The notes beneath the pieces were generated by a model. It saw only the letters and a program-made list of their open reading frames with translations. It did no database searches and was not told the origin of the DNA. From NCBI RefSeq assembly GCF_006345805.1, contig NC_042998.1, positions 30,008,001-30,072,000 of the forward strand: a stretch of 64,000 bases of DNA, given 5' to 3'. The translations under genes and the position numbers were made by a program. How positions within the stretch are numbered: position 1 is the stretch's first letter; each line of letters opens with the position of its first letter. This DNA comes from Octopus sinensis (taxonomy: Eukaryota). Shown here in pieces: positions 37,270 through 50,240 of the stretch.

Positions 37270-38150
37270 TTACAATTACCTTTAAAAAATGTTTTTAATA
37301 TATCATATAGTTGTAATTTCTGATGCTGAATCTAAATTTGTCATTCATTTATTCTAGAAAATTTTTGAAAAGATGTTACAGGTATTCAAAGTTTGATAAT
37401 TTTCAGAATTTTTAGCCAATCAGAAAACAGCGAGTTCGCTACCTCTTCCATCATTAGGGAGTAGGTATCGGCATGACAAAACATTAAACTACGTAAGCAA
37501 ATTAAATATTTAAACGCTACGAACAAACAAACCAACAGGAGTTGCTATAAATAACAATCAAAACATCAAAATATACACGAGTAAAGTTAATATTGAAACA
37601 TTTGCGAGCAAATTAAATATCTAAAAGCTAAGAACAAGACAACAGGAGTTGCTAAACATAACAGTCAAAACATTGTTTAGAACAGACATTTATTACTTAA
37701 AAGATTCAAGAACGAAAGTTTGCAATACACTCTAGGATTTTCTAAAATAAATTATCTTTATCGAATCTCGTTCTCCACATAAATTCACAAATGTAGGAGT
37801 CAACCACGTCCAGGTACTTTCAATTAGTTAAGTGGTAGCCCCATCTGTTATGTAAACAAACAAATATAGAACAAGCGGTGGTTACACGCTTTGTGCGCAT
37901 GCGCAGCATCTTTGGTTACTATGGAAACAGAGTTCTTCGCAATCAGCTTCGAAACACGTGGTGCTTCTTTGCCTTGGTTACTATGGAATACAGATTTTCT
38001 TCGCTACGGTGATGTCTAAAATACTCGCTTCTGATTGGCTAAAATATCCATATTTTGCAAATTTTAAAGGCTAATAACTTTTTAATTATGGATTTATAGG
38101 GGAAATGAATTTCATTTTCATAATTAGTAAACAATGATACAACACAATAC
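37270..38150. mobile_element. Non-autonomous DNA-transposon-like element with imperfect subterminal inverted repeats
   Basis: TTTTAGCCAATCAGAA..GCGAGT (37410-37436) versus ACTCGCTTCTGATTGGCTAAAA (38023-38044); internal ~75-bp direct repeats at ~37496 and ~37606. Superfamily not determined. Confidence 0.6.
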
Positions 38151-38154
38151 ATTT

Positions 38155-38494
38155 TGAGACCCCCTTCGGTCACGACAGAGACCATGGGATCGCACCTAGA
38201 AAGTTACCTTCCCAGGTACAAGTCCGGGCAATGTTGTATATGGAAGACCAACAGTCGCCCATGCATACTGGACTCCCTTCTCCACGCCACCAGTTTTATC
38301 CAAGGGAAAGGCAAAGGGGCCGATACGGCTTGGCATCAGTGACGTCGCAACTCATTTCTACAGCTGAGTGAACTGGAGCAACGTGAAATAAAGTGTCTTG
38401 CTCAAGAACAGAACACGCAGCTCGGTCCGGGATTCCAGCTCACAACCTCACAATCGTAAGCTCGACGCTCTAACCACTGAGCAATGCGCCTTCA
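38155..38494 (-). mobile_element. SINE family C, full length, with target-site duplication
   Basis: CACAATACAT at 38143-38152 and 38493-38502; tRNA-like head at the right end. Confidence 0.9.
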
Positions 38495-38574
38495 CAATAC
38501 ATAATTAGTAGAAAATATGAATATGGAACAAGGAGACGATCTCTCGGGATGTTAAACCATTTATATCTTGAATT

Positions 38575-38658
38575 CTTCTACATATGTTTCGACGGATGCA
38601 CTCCAAAATGTTCGACAAGACAAATTAAAGTCAGCAATGCATCAATCTCATCAGGAAG
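38575..38658 (-). ncRNA. Type I hammerhead ribozyme with long stem II and canonical core
   Basis: CTTC CTGATGA GATTGATGCATT..AGTGCATCCGTC GAA ACATATGT A GAAG: 4-bp stem I, 12-position stem II with G-U pairs on this strand, perfect palindromic stem III, GUA site. Confidence 0.75.
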
Positions 38659-39069
38659 GATATAAACAACAAACACATCAAACAGACATTTTAACGGAAA
38701 TAGAAAGTCCAATGAAATATAACGTTTTTTAACATTCATATGCACACACGCGTACACACACTCAAATATGTGACGTGTAAATATAAACATTATATGCCTA
38801 CAAAACTGCACAAACGTATGTAAGTGTATGTGCGTGTATGCAATTATGTATTTGGGTCTATTGATGATTCAGGATGTGTATGCTCTTGTATATGATTGTT
38901 TCTTTATGTGTATGTATGATCGGAAACGTATACTTTAGCATAGGTATGTTTCTATGTTGTTGGCGGGAGAATATGTACGAGTATATGTATAAATATACAT
39001 GCATATGTCTGAGTATATTTCTGCCTATGTGTGTATGTATTTGAACATATATATATATATATACGCGTG

Positions 39070-39245
39070 TTTGTGCATATATATATATGTTTATTTATAG
39101 AGAAATATATATATATATATTTGTATATATGCATATATATATGTTTATTTATAGAGAAATATATATATATATATTTGTATATATGCATATATATATGTTT
39201 ATTTATAGATATATATATATATATATATTTGTATATATGCATATA
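39070..39245. repeat. 54-bp tandem repeat x3
   Basis: GTTTATTTATAG at 39089, 39143 and 39197. Confidence 0.9.
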
Positions 39246-39392
39246 TTTAAGTGTAAAGGTGTGTGTTGTTTTGTAGGTAAATGTTTATATTTACACCTCA
39301 CATATTTGGGTGTGCATATGAATATAAATAAATTTAATTTGATTGCATTTTCTATTTCCGTCAACATGTCTGAAGGGTTTGTTATTTATAAC

Positions 39393-39476
39393 CTTCCCGA
39401 TGAGACTGATGCAGTGCTGACCTTAATTTATCTTGTCGGACATTTTGGAGTACATCCGTCGAAACATGTGTAGAAG
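39393..39476 (+). ncRNA. Second copy of the long-stem-II HHR (core CCGATGA)
   Basis: CTTC CCGATGA GACTGATGCAGT..AGTACATCCGTC GAAAC ATGT GTA GAAG. Confidence 0.65.
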
Positions 39477-39542
39477 AATTCAAGATATAAATGGTTTAAC
39501 AACATCCCGTCAGTTTGTCTCCTTATTCAATGTTCAATGTTA

Positions 39543-39621
<79 letters not shown>

Positions 39622-39623
<2 letters not shown>

Positions 39624-39775
39624 CTTTCTTTTCATTTTCCGTCTACCAAATCCGCTTACAAGACTTTGGTCGGCCCGAGGCTCTAGTAGAAGACATTTGC
39701 CCAAGGTGCAACGAAGTGGGAATGAACCCGGAACCATGTGGATGGTAAGCAAGCCACTTACCACACACCCACGCA
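39622..39775 (-). mobile_element. SINE family B, 5' half
   Basis: Box and head in reverse orientation. Confidence 0.85.
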
Positions 39776-40222
39776 CAATTAGTCTATGAATATTCTATGA
39801 GGAGACATAAATTAATAAATTATTATATCGTTGATTAATATTTCAACATCTCGGGAATAATATGAATTTTTTTCCATACAGCATAAATCGTGGCTGTGTC
39901 TCCTTCAAAGTTTTCCAAAATCAGCCAATATATCTGAGATAAATTGCTGAACTAGGATTTTAATGAGAAAAATATATATTTGATTAATAGGTGGAATCTA
40001 TTTTCAATCAACGTTCCATTTAATTTAACCTAATGAGAAGTTTTAGTAAGTTTCTTTTAACCTATAAATCACACTTTCTGTAGATGTTAAAATCACGGAG
40101 ATTAGTCAAACATCTCATAAATCATTCAATTAGAAGGAAGAAATACTGAAGAAAGTCATGTCAGAATCCAAATATTTGTCTTCGTGAGTATTAATTTTCT
40201 GTTTCTTTCTCTGCTTCCACAG

Positions 40223-40253
40223 TAAATCTTTACGGCAACATACACATGCTTTT
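40223..40253 (+). other. Candidate 31-nt micro-exon
   Basis: Long pyrimidine tract TTTTCTGTTTCTTTCTCTGCTTCCACAG followed 31 nt later by consensus GTGAGT. Confidence 0.3.
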
Positions 40254-40321
40254 GTGAGTTTATATACATAAACACATATATCTGCCTATCTAGCTATCTT
40301 ACACACCTATATGTCAGCCAG

Positions 40322-40358
<37 letters not shown>

Positions 40359-40674
40359 GAATCAGTCCACTTCGTAACTTTCTTTTAAAACGCATCACTT
40401 AGCAGTTAAGTTATCATTTGTACTATGTTACGTAGAGTACTATGTTACGTAGAAGCTTTCGTTCATGCATCAATCATGAAACAGCAAATTAAAGCGTTAA
40501 ATATAATATCAGTATTACGATACAACTACAAATGAAACGTTTTAAAAATGAATGCGATTTCAAGAACTGATCAAAGAATTGTAACAAAACCTGAGGCATA
40601 TATGAAGTCTTGTAATATTAAAATATTGATACAAGAAATACTTATTGAATATCTGTATAAATAGTAACTGTAAT

Positions 40675-41290
40675 GGGGCGAGCTGGTAGAATCGTTAGGA
40701 TGGTGGACGAAATGCTTAGCGGTATTTCACCCGTGCTACGTACTGAGTTCCAATTTCGCCGAGGTCGACTTTCCATTTCATCCTTTCGGAGCCGATTACA
40801 CACTGGGGTCGATATAATCGACTAGCCCCATTCCTCCAAAAAATGTTCAAGGCCTTGTGCCTAGAGTACAAATAATTATTAATGGTATCTTTAAGGCGGC
40901 TAGCTGGCACAAACGTTAGCACGCCGGGCGGAATGCGTAGCCGTATTTCGTCTATCGTTACGTTCTGAGTTCAAATTCCGCCGAGGTCGACTTTGCCTTT
41001 CATCCTTTCGGGGTCGATAAATTAAGTACCATTTACGCACTGGGGTCGATGTAATCGACTTAATCCGTTTGACTGTCCTTGTTTGTCCCCTCTGTATTTA
41101 GCCCATTGTTGGTAGTAAAAAATAGGTATTTTGTCTGCAGCTACTTTCTGAGTTCAAATTCCGCCGAGGTGGACTTTGCCTTTTGGGGGTCGATAAACTA
41201 AGTACCAGTTGCGTAGTGGGTTTGATGGGATCGAATTACACCCTCCCCCAAAATTTCAGGCCTTGTGTCTACACAAGAAGGCATTATTGA
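40675..41290 (+). mobile_element. Three SINE family A units, the last two fused head-to-tail
   Basis: Heads at ~40676 and ~40895; junction AAATAG|GTATTT at 41125/41126. Confidence 0.9.
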
Positions 41291-41514
41291 TAGTACCTTT
41301 AATTTGTATAAGCGACGTTTGAAAATATTTTTTTAGTCATAATCGTGTTAAAAGTAAATAGTCTAAGTAGACATAAAACATTGTTTTTGTATCATTTCTT
41401 CAGAAAGGAAACAAAATTTAGAATAGAAAACAATCTCAAACATATTTAATTATCATGTGGTTGTCATACTAATTCGTATATTGATATTACTTTTTAAATT
41501 TAGTTTTCCATACA

Positions 41515-41905
41515 TCTCTATATATATAAAGCTGAAGTTGTCTGTGTGTGGCAAGTTTGGCAGCCTTCAACTAACACTATCTCCCCCGAGACCCTGCGGC
41601 GCAGGTTGACAAAAATTGAGAGTATGAGAGAAGAAGGCTTGCTCCTCCTTCTGTAGTAGAAGAAATTCAAATCGGACCAGGTTGACATCAAAAATTATTT
41701 ACATCAGAAAGGTGCTTTTTTTCTATGAAAATAACTATTTTTTAGGATTCTTTGACTGCTGTGTCGCCATTTTTCGGTGTATTTCAACTAGAAAAATGGT
41801 CCCTTAAAGAGAATAACAAGCTACATAATGCAAAATCTTTACTTTTCAAAAATTTCAATTCTAAAGGGTCGAAAAAACCCGTTCAACGCTAGGCAATACT
41901 GCTAG
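41515..41905 (+). mobile_element. Non-autonomous Helitron-type element, second copy
   Basis: A|TC start, CTAG|T end, colinear with 28946-29339. Confidence 0.85.
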
Positions 41906-43037
41906 TGAAACAATAAAAACCAATTTTATTCATTTGTCAATGCAATATACTAAACTTCATTTCACAATTTAAAGTAAAGCTTTGCAGCTCCTACTCCTTA
42001 AACAACCTCTGGTTCATTGGTTTCGTATGTTTCATCCCACCAAACTTCCAAAACTTAACTAGTCTTAACGTTTTTCTATATGGTCTGCCGTTTATCTACA
42101 AACTCATCTTATCTCTTCCTACGTCATTTTATATTCATTTCATAAACAACCACCCAGATTTATGCTGAAGATTTTGGAGACATATCTCAAACACTTCAGG
42201 AATAGATTTGTTTTATCAATTGCTTAAGTCCATCTGAATTGTTCTCTTAAAAACAAAGTCATAAGCTTTGAGTACGTATCAGGTGTTAAGGCATCAACTT
42301 ACGCTTCTAGATGCTACAGTTACAAAATCACTAAATAACACTCTTGAATCACTAGAAATGCTGCACACTGATTAACCCTATGATAATGTGATATAGTATC
42401 TCTTTAAAATTTAATAGCGTTTATTATGCTCGATGGCAGTGTGGAAAAGAACGGATGTAATATGTTAGCTAATCCTTGCAATATTTTGAGATCTATACTT
42501 GTTTATAAGAATATCCAAGCTTTGATGGTGGTTGCATATTAAAATGAGAGTAAATTTTATGCCAGCATACTTGTACTAGTAGTAATTGAACTGATTAGAT
42601 CTTAATATTCTCCTTTGCTTCCTACAGGTTTAGCAATACCATTGTTAATGGCTATATAAGAAAGACAACTGTCTACAATGTAAACCTGCTAATCTTAGAT
42701 ATAGAGAAATAAGATAAACGTGGAAAGAGAAAACGCATCACAGTGGTACACAGGGGGTTCATAAATGATTAACGACATCCCTGGATGGAAATAAATGAAT
42801 CATGATACATTTGCTTCAATAATCACCAGACTTTATAACATGTTTATAACCGATTGAATCGATAACCAGCTATGGTGCAAGTTTAATGATTCAAAACATG
42901 TGTAGAGTACACTCAGCTCCAAATGTTTTTGATCGCAGGTGGATAAGATATTGAACTACATGGAATGAAATCGTCATCCCTAAACCGGCATGAATATGGT
43001 ATTAGACGACTGAAAAAAAATCAAGAATATATATGTG

Positions 43038-43071
<34 letters not shown>

Positions 43072-43252
43072 GGAGTAGGAGTGGCTGCGTGGTAAGTAGC
43101 TTGCTTACGAACTACATGGTTCCGGGTTCAGTCCCACTGCGTAGCAAACTTGGGCAAGTGTCTAATTTAGCTTCGGGTCAACCAAAGCCTTGTGAGTGGA
43201 TTTGGTAGATGGAAACTGAAAGAAGCCCGTCGTATATATGTGTATCTATCTA

Positions 43253-43341
<89 letters not shown>

Positions 43342-43585
43342 ATATATATAAATAGATATATATATACGTGTGAGTGTGCGCGCGCGTGTATGTTTGTGCG
43401 TTTGTCCCTCCAACATCGCTTGACAACCGATGCTGGTGTATTTACGTCCCCGTAACTTAGTGGTTAGGCAAAAGAGACCGAAAGAATACTAGGCTTACAA
43501 AGAATAAGTCCTGGGGTCGATGTGCTCGACAAAAGGCGGTGCTCAAGCATGGCCACAATCAAATGACTGAAACAAGTAAAAGAGT
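43072..43585 (+). mobile_element. SINE family B, full length
   Basis: Head, box, expanded (TA)n and tail. Confidence 0.9.
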
Positions 43586-44608
43586 AAATATATACGCACG
43601 CACACACACACACACACATATATATATAGCTCTTCTCATCACAAATTCAGAGTTCTCGATATATTTACTAGGAACCACGAATAATAGAGCTTATTGATGA
43701 ATTCTACTGGTCAACATATAATTTTCATACAACAGAATTGAATCTTTGTCATTAGTTGGATAAAGTGCGGAGAAGAGAAATAATTGACCAGGCCTTTCTA
43801 AATAGTAATAGATGATTAATTCTAAATGATCTTAATTCATACGCAAATCTGTGAGATCGAACCACTTTCATTAGTAATATCTCAAATTCAAAGTACCAGT
43901 GTGAAAAATGCTTAGAGGAAATATTTGCGATGAGACAATTTCTCTAAGTTTACTAAATCTATCGGATAACTGCGTGACTTTTCTTTTTCGTGAGTAACTT
44001 CATATATTCTAGTTTTGATACAATTTGTCTAACTATATGCATAACCTTCTCAGATTGAAGTCTTCAGATGATAAAAACTTGGTTATGGAATTATGACTGA
44101 TATTTAAATTTCGCTAGTAGAAGACAATATGGTAATCTCTCCTAAAATATTGTATGCAGACTCCATTTTGTAACTTGAAACTCGGAGTTACAAACTAATA
44201 CAATTTACACACGAGCATACACAAACACACACGCACGCACGGACGGACGGACGCACACACACACACACAAAATTGAAGGTTTTCGCAACGCATTTGTCCA
44301 TTCTTTAAAATGTACGACACTTTTGGTTCAGAATTACACTCCAGTTAGTTCGGATGTTCCTAGTTATAATACCTATGGTTGTATATCCGCTTATTCTGGT
44401 GTCTTAAATTGTGATTAATTACCATAACGACTATGTAAATTGTTTCAAAAAAACAAAGAGATTTTTCTTTAAATCTGTGACTAAAATATCAGATTCATGG
44501 TAATCCGTAGAGACTCAGCGATGTCGAGTAATACCTAGTGGCAGACTTAAAGGAATGAGGAATGTATCCTCACTATGCCAACCACAAGAACGACAACAAC
44601 ACACCCAG

Positions 44609-44893
44609 CACTACATATTCCGAATGCAACGCTCCGGATACACACAGTACGATAGGATCAGAGTCTACAAAGGAGCGAAAACAAGATTCGAACGCATTCT
44701 AAGAGATGGCGGAAACGCTATATACCCCCTATAGCGCAACAAGTTCTGGAATAGGTTAGAGAGAGACACCAACAAAAGAAATAAAACCAATACTTGGTAT
44801 GATAACGAGAAATTTCACTGTGTAATGTTTGTTGACACCACACCCAAGAGCGAATTAAGTAAGGCATTCAAGAAAACGAGAATACATAATTAA
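44609..44893 (+). mobile_element. Penelope-like element RT C-terminal/linker fragment, different lineage from 5455-6625
   Basis: FRMQRSGY..R..VYKGAK..G..YPL*RNKFW..R..K..K.NTWY..VMFVDTTPKSEL matches the PLE motif RM..SGY..PLYR..W..WY..FVP.TP.SEL; one stop at 44732. Confidence 0.7.
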
Positions 44894-46304
44894 ACTGAAT
44901 ATTCCGATAATAAACGATAAAATACATGAAATTACAATTCATCTTGACAATAATTTACTGTTTAACATTATGCATACGACGTCTGTCTGTATTATGTGTA
45001 AACTTCTCAAAATCATAATTCTGCTTAGGAGTTTTCTTCTTTGTTTAATACATGTAATTAAAAGTCAAAGTAATAGGCGTGTTTGAAATTATATAAAAGT
45101 ATGGAAATTGCTTTATGCAATTATGTTACTACTGGAGGATGTCACGAGAAGTCAGTTACAACCCGTCATTACAACAGCAACTAAATTGTTACTTGTAAGT
45201 TATTAGTTTCTTCCGTGCATATAATATGAGGTATTGTGAACACTAATGTTTATCTATAAAGAATATCTGTATACGATTCAGCTTATATATTTAAAATTCC
45301 TCTTCTTTTCATTTGAAAAGCTATACTTTGATATCTAATTATCACTTTTACAAAAGATGTCTTAGTTTAGGTTCATGGTACCTTTGATTGAGTAACCTAT
45401 GGGGAGAGGCATTTCGGACGCAATAACCTACTAGTCTCGTGGTAACCTAAGATCACTTCATACATTGTTTACATTCATTACTTCATAAGGTCCTGTGTGA
45501 TTAGAGGAAATAATATAATTTTTCGCATGCAAATCCACCATATACGGTTCATTCGTTGGCATGATTATCTCTTGCTTAGAGTTGTTTAATTTGAAATGTA
45601 TATTTAAATTTGCTTAATAAAATTAGTAAATTTCGTGGGAAATTTGACTAGAGGTTGTTGGTGCCCCATCTGCAGTTGCTTTCGTAGTAAGGGAGGGAGA
45701 GAAACGAGACATATAGTTTGAAACCAGTGGCATAAAGTTCAGTATCAAGTCGAATGGTAATGAATAAATGGAGCCTTAACGAAAAGCTATTGAATCTGTT
45801 CCGCTATACAGAAACAGAAATCTAAACGTGTCCTAAAAATGCTAATAGAAGATCTCCACAGGAAAAAAATCTAAACTTTGTAATTTTGATGAATTGCCTA
45901 AACTGCAGAATGATATAACCACCTTATCCGATTTTAATAACCGCAGATAACTTTAACTAAAAATATCATACTTTGGAAACAGAGACACTATTCATACAAA
46001 CAATATTTTTCTTTTTACGTATAATACTCACCGTTATTTAGATGAAGCAAACAGCAGAAATATATTTACTGAAAATAGGATAACCTTAAATGCGACAGCG
46101 AGTATTCATATTGTTTGTGTTTATATTGCAACGAAACCAAAACAAAATTATTAAAAATTAAATAGATTGGTTTCTCGAAATGATCCTATCCAACTTTGCT
46201 TGAAATATGTATGAGCTGCACTGTAAAGGAACGAATGTGAAACAAGTATTACGGGTTTTGGGTGATTTAATAATTTACAAATGTTTTATTTATAAATATT
46301 TTCA

Positions 46305-46474
46305 TCTTATAATGGTTTCAGTCATTGGACTGTGGCCATGCTAGGTTGCCACATTAAAGAATTTCGATGTCTGATACTTATTCTATAGGTCTCTGTTACC
46401 GTGCTGCTAAGTTACCGGGATGTAAACAATCAAGAGCGGTTGTCAAGCGGTGGTGGAGGACAAATACACACACA

Positions 46475-46518
<44 letters not shown>

Positions 46519-46770
46519 ACATTTACGAAATCCCTTCATAAGGATTTGGTCGGTCGAAGGAGGACACTTGCATAAGCTTCAGTGCAGTGGAACTGAACCC
46601 GGAATTAAGTGGTTGGGAAGCAAACTTCTTGACATACACCCACATCTAAGAAATCCATTCACAAGGTTTTATTTGGCTCGAAACTACAGGAGACGGTCTC
46701 TGCCTAAAGTGCCACGCCATGGGAGTGAACCCGAAACGTAGTGATTTGAAAGAAACCCCTCACCACATGT
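46305..46770 (-). mobile_element. Diverged family B SINE plus a second partial head
   Basis: Tail at 46310-46470, box at 46530-46640 and a second box at 46650-46770. Confidence 0.75.
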
Positions 46771-46839
46771 CACGCCTTTTCCCGTTGTCTTATCATGATT
46801 GGCTCAGTTTATTAAATATATACGCAATATATTTGATAT

Positions 46840-47095
46840 CACGTGATCACGTGACCGACCAGACCATCAGATGTTGTTACACATCGCTGGTCACAATGCG
46901 TTCGCATTTTTTTAGCCTTCGAATGACGCCACCCCGCTGGCTAAGCGAGCAGGGATCACTACCCCCTGCTGGAGCCTCGTTTAGCTTTTAGGTGTTTTCG
47001 CTCAATAAACACTCACAACGCCCGGTCTAGGAATCGAAACCGCGATCCTGCGACCGCGAGTCCGCTGCCCTAACCACTAGGTCATTGCGCCTCCA
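46840..47095 (-). mobile_element. SINE family D
   Basis: Colinear with 30970-31284, with an internal deletion. Confidence 0.9.
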
Positions 47096-47449
47096 CATAT
47101 TTGATATATTATTCCTAATCCCGATAACGATCGCTTTATGTCGAAATTTGCTATGGTTTGAAATTGAAATAAAAGATCAAATCAAGAATCGAAAATATTG
47201 TCGTGTTATTAATTATGATATATAAGCTTATAAAAGAGATGTATGAGAATACAGGAATGTTTATGAAAACTAGTGCACGTTAGATGTGTATAATTATATT
47301 ATTTGGGATGCATTTTCTATTTCCCCCTTCTTATGGTTTCTATCTTTCAATATGTGACTAAACGGATTCACTGCTTCAAATGTTTTAATCGATAGACTCG
47401 AATCAAGTATTTTCTTTGAAGTCATAAATTCACATTTATTCACATGTAC

Positions 47450-47830
<381 letters not shown>

Positions 47831-47974
47831 TATTGTGAAGGCGCATGTGTCAGTGGTTGTAAATTTCGGCTCATGATCGTGAGGTCGTGCTTTCGATTCC
47901 AGGCAGCAAAACACTTTATCTTAGATTGCTCCAGTCCACTCAATTAACAAATCTGAATTGTACCCGCATTTCAA

Positions 47975-48310
47975 AGAGCCGTCCGTACCACATTCTCCGC
48001 GCATAGCATTTGAAAGAGATCGAAATGAGTTGGAAATCCGTTGGTGCCAAACGAGGAGAGTACGGCGGGTGTGGCAGCACTTCCCAGCCATGCGTTTAAA
48101 TGGCTTCCTTGATCATATTGGCGATATAAGGACGGGCGTTGTCCTGCAGCTGAAAAACCCCATGCTGCCGATTAGGTCTTTTCTCTTGAATAGCCGTGTT
48201 GAGTCGTTCCATGTGTTGAACATAGACTTCCGCGTTGACTGTTTGGTTCCGTTCAAGCAATTCATCATGGATAATCCCTTTCCAGTCCCATCATACACAC
48301 AACATCGTTA
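47975..48310 (-). mobile_element. Mariner transposase catalytic-domain fragment
   Basis: MLCV*WDWKGIIH.ELLERNQTVNAEVYVQHMERL..KRP..QDNARPY..GWEVLPHPPYSPRLAPTDFQL; YSPDLAP-type motif with in-frame stops. Confidence 0.9.
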
Positions 48311-48334
48311 CGCTGCTTCCTGTAGACTTAGTAG

Positions 48335-48548
48335 GGATATTAGAAAAACACTGTTCAACGATTAGTCGAAACTGGCATTTCAGAGTTCTTCGCTTTGAAA
48401 CCAAAAGAGTTTTATATTGATGGGATGAAAAATCTTACAAATAGATGGAAGGAAGCCATGGATAATCAGAGAAAGTACATTGATGGTTAAATGTCAATCT
48501 AATATAACATTTGATCATTTGACAGAAATTATGGAATGACCTGATATG
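48335..48548 (+). mobile_element. Mariner 3' end with terminal repeat, inverted relative to the preceding fragment
   Basis: ..YIDGMKNLTNRWKEAMDNQRKYID then ATTATGGAATGACCTGATA. Confidence 0.7.
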
Positions 48549-48984
48549 ATCTGGTGGAGATAGTTTAAAGAGAATATTATCGTACCCTATCATTGTCTGT
48601 GATATGCCAATTTTGGGAAGTTATCCCATGAAAATATATTTCCTTGATAATCCCCAGAACCAGCTTAAGGTCAAGGGGGATGCTTCAAATGTCCATGTCC
48701 TACGTCGTACTGAATTATGACTAAAACAAGTATGTACAGGTTCAAATTCACTTTCTATGTTTATTTATTTGTACTTCAGTAGGACTCTCACCGAAATTAT
48801 TTAGTACTGGATTATTCTAAACGCTAATGAGAATAGAATATCAACTGTTTTCTTTCTTTCTCTCTCTCTTCTCTATCTATCTATCTATTTATCTATCACT
48901 ATTTAAAATATATATTACTATTTAAAATAGTTTCATTCGACTCCATGCAAATTAAAGTTCTGCTGGTTTCTTAGGTAAACCTAG

Positions 48985-49145
48985 CTCATAGCTTTTTAAA
49001 CAAGGCAATGTATTGAAACGACATCCACATAGTTTGCATATCTGATTTGGACCTCCAGCAGCTGCAGATAAGTTCTGTTCTTTGTGGATCTTAAAATGTC
49101 TTTTGAGGCGTCCTTTAGATTTAGAGACCTTATATGGCAACATGG
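48985..49145 (-). pseudogene. Degenerate C2H2 finger pair, probably a LINE tail related to 59691
   Basis: KGRLKRHFKIHK..AAAGGPNQICKLCGCRFNTLPCLKS; shares the AAGG..N.IC..CG linker with the 59.7-kb element. Confidence 0.5.
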
Positions 49146-49590
49146 CATTGAAAAGTGTGTACAGAAGCATGGGCAGAATGGTTGAAATATATATATATTC
49201 ATATATATATACATATATATATATGTGCATATATACACGCAGATGTATATATATATATATATATAATATATATATATATATCCATATAAATACACACACA
49301 CATTTATATATTTACATACATACATACATATGTCACTTGATGAACTACAGGAATTCTTGAAAGAGATCCAATGACACTTATCATAACTGAGGATGACATC
49401 AGGTAACCTAAACGGTGAAAGTGCTTTAATCGGTATATTACTAACCGTAATTTCAAAGTTCAAATAATTACTTACATATGTATATATGTGTGCGTATGCA
49501 AATATATATACATACACACAAATATATATATCTATAATATCTGTTATCTGTCAATCTATAAAAAACATAATTGTATATATAAATAAATTC

Positions 49591-49667
<77 letters not shown>

Positions 49668-50191
49668 ACTTCTACTATTGATTTGCCACATAATCTCAGT
49701 CTCGGAAACATATTTGCTACAAATTTATTAGAGGTTATACATTTCAAATAGACTCGTCATAAAAGGTGCTATTAAGTGAAATAAACATACTATTATTATG
49801 TGGTAGAGAGGCTAGATATAAATCACCGTAAGTATTAATTAAATTGACAAATTAGTCACTTATATCTGTGAAGGTTTAATGTTTCATTTTATGATTTATC
49901 TATTGAGACATCGAATTCGGAAAATTTCAGTATCATTCTAAAGTGATTCATGAAATTGCTCGCATAATTACTGATTCCGCAACAGGTCTTGTGGCTGATA
50001 TTTATTTACCGTATATCTATTCATTTGTTTATTGATTTTATAGTACAAACACAAATTTTATAGATATAATATAATTCTGATTTTACTGTGTAGCACTTCT
50101 TTCAAAACAAATGAATGTTGATAGAAACAACAGCGTCAAAAAAGCCTAAATAAATAAATACAGATGGTGATGATGAATAAGAAGAATGATG

Positions 50192-50239
<48 letters not shown>

Positions 50240-50240
<1 letters not shown>

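Larger units (their letters stand above)
38527..39530. mobile_element. Inverted pair of ~280-bp HHR-containing repeats around a microsatellite spacer
   Basis: Arms 38527-38817 and 39262-39530 are reverse-complement homologues (about 80% by eye). Confidence 0.85.

Noticed and set aside
42434-42445. TGGCAGTGTGG, the first 11 nt of miR-34
   Set aside because: The match ends there and no precursor hairpin is evident.
46031-46067. Minus-strand 37-nt segment with strong acceptor and GTGAGT donor
   Set aside because: Stops in all three frames and no supported partner exon; could be non-coding but is indistinguishable from chance.
49387-49430. CTGAGGA..GAAA spacing suggestive of a hammerhead
   Set aside because: Stems I and II cannot be paired convincingly.
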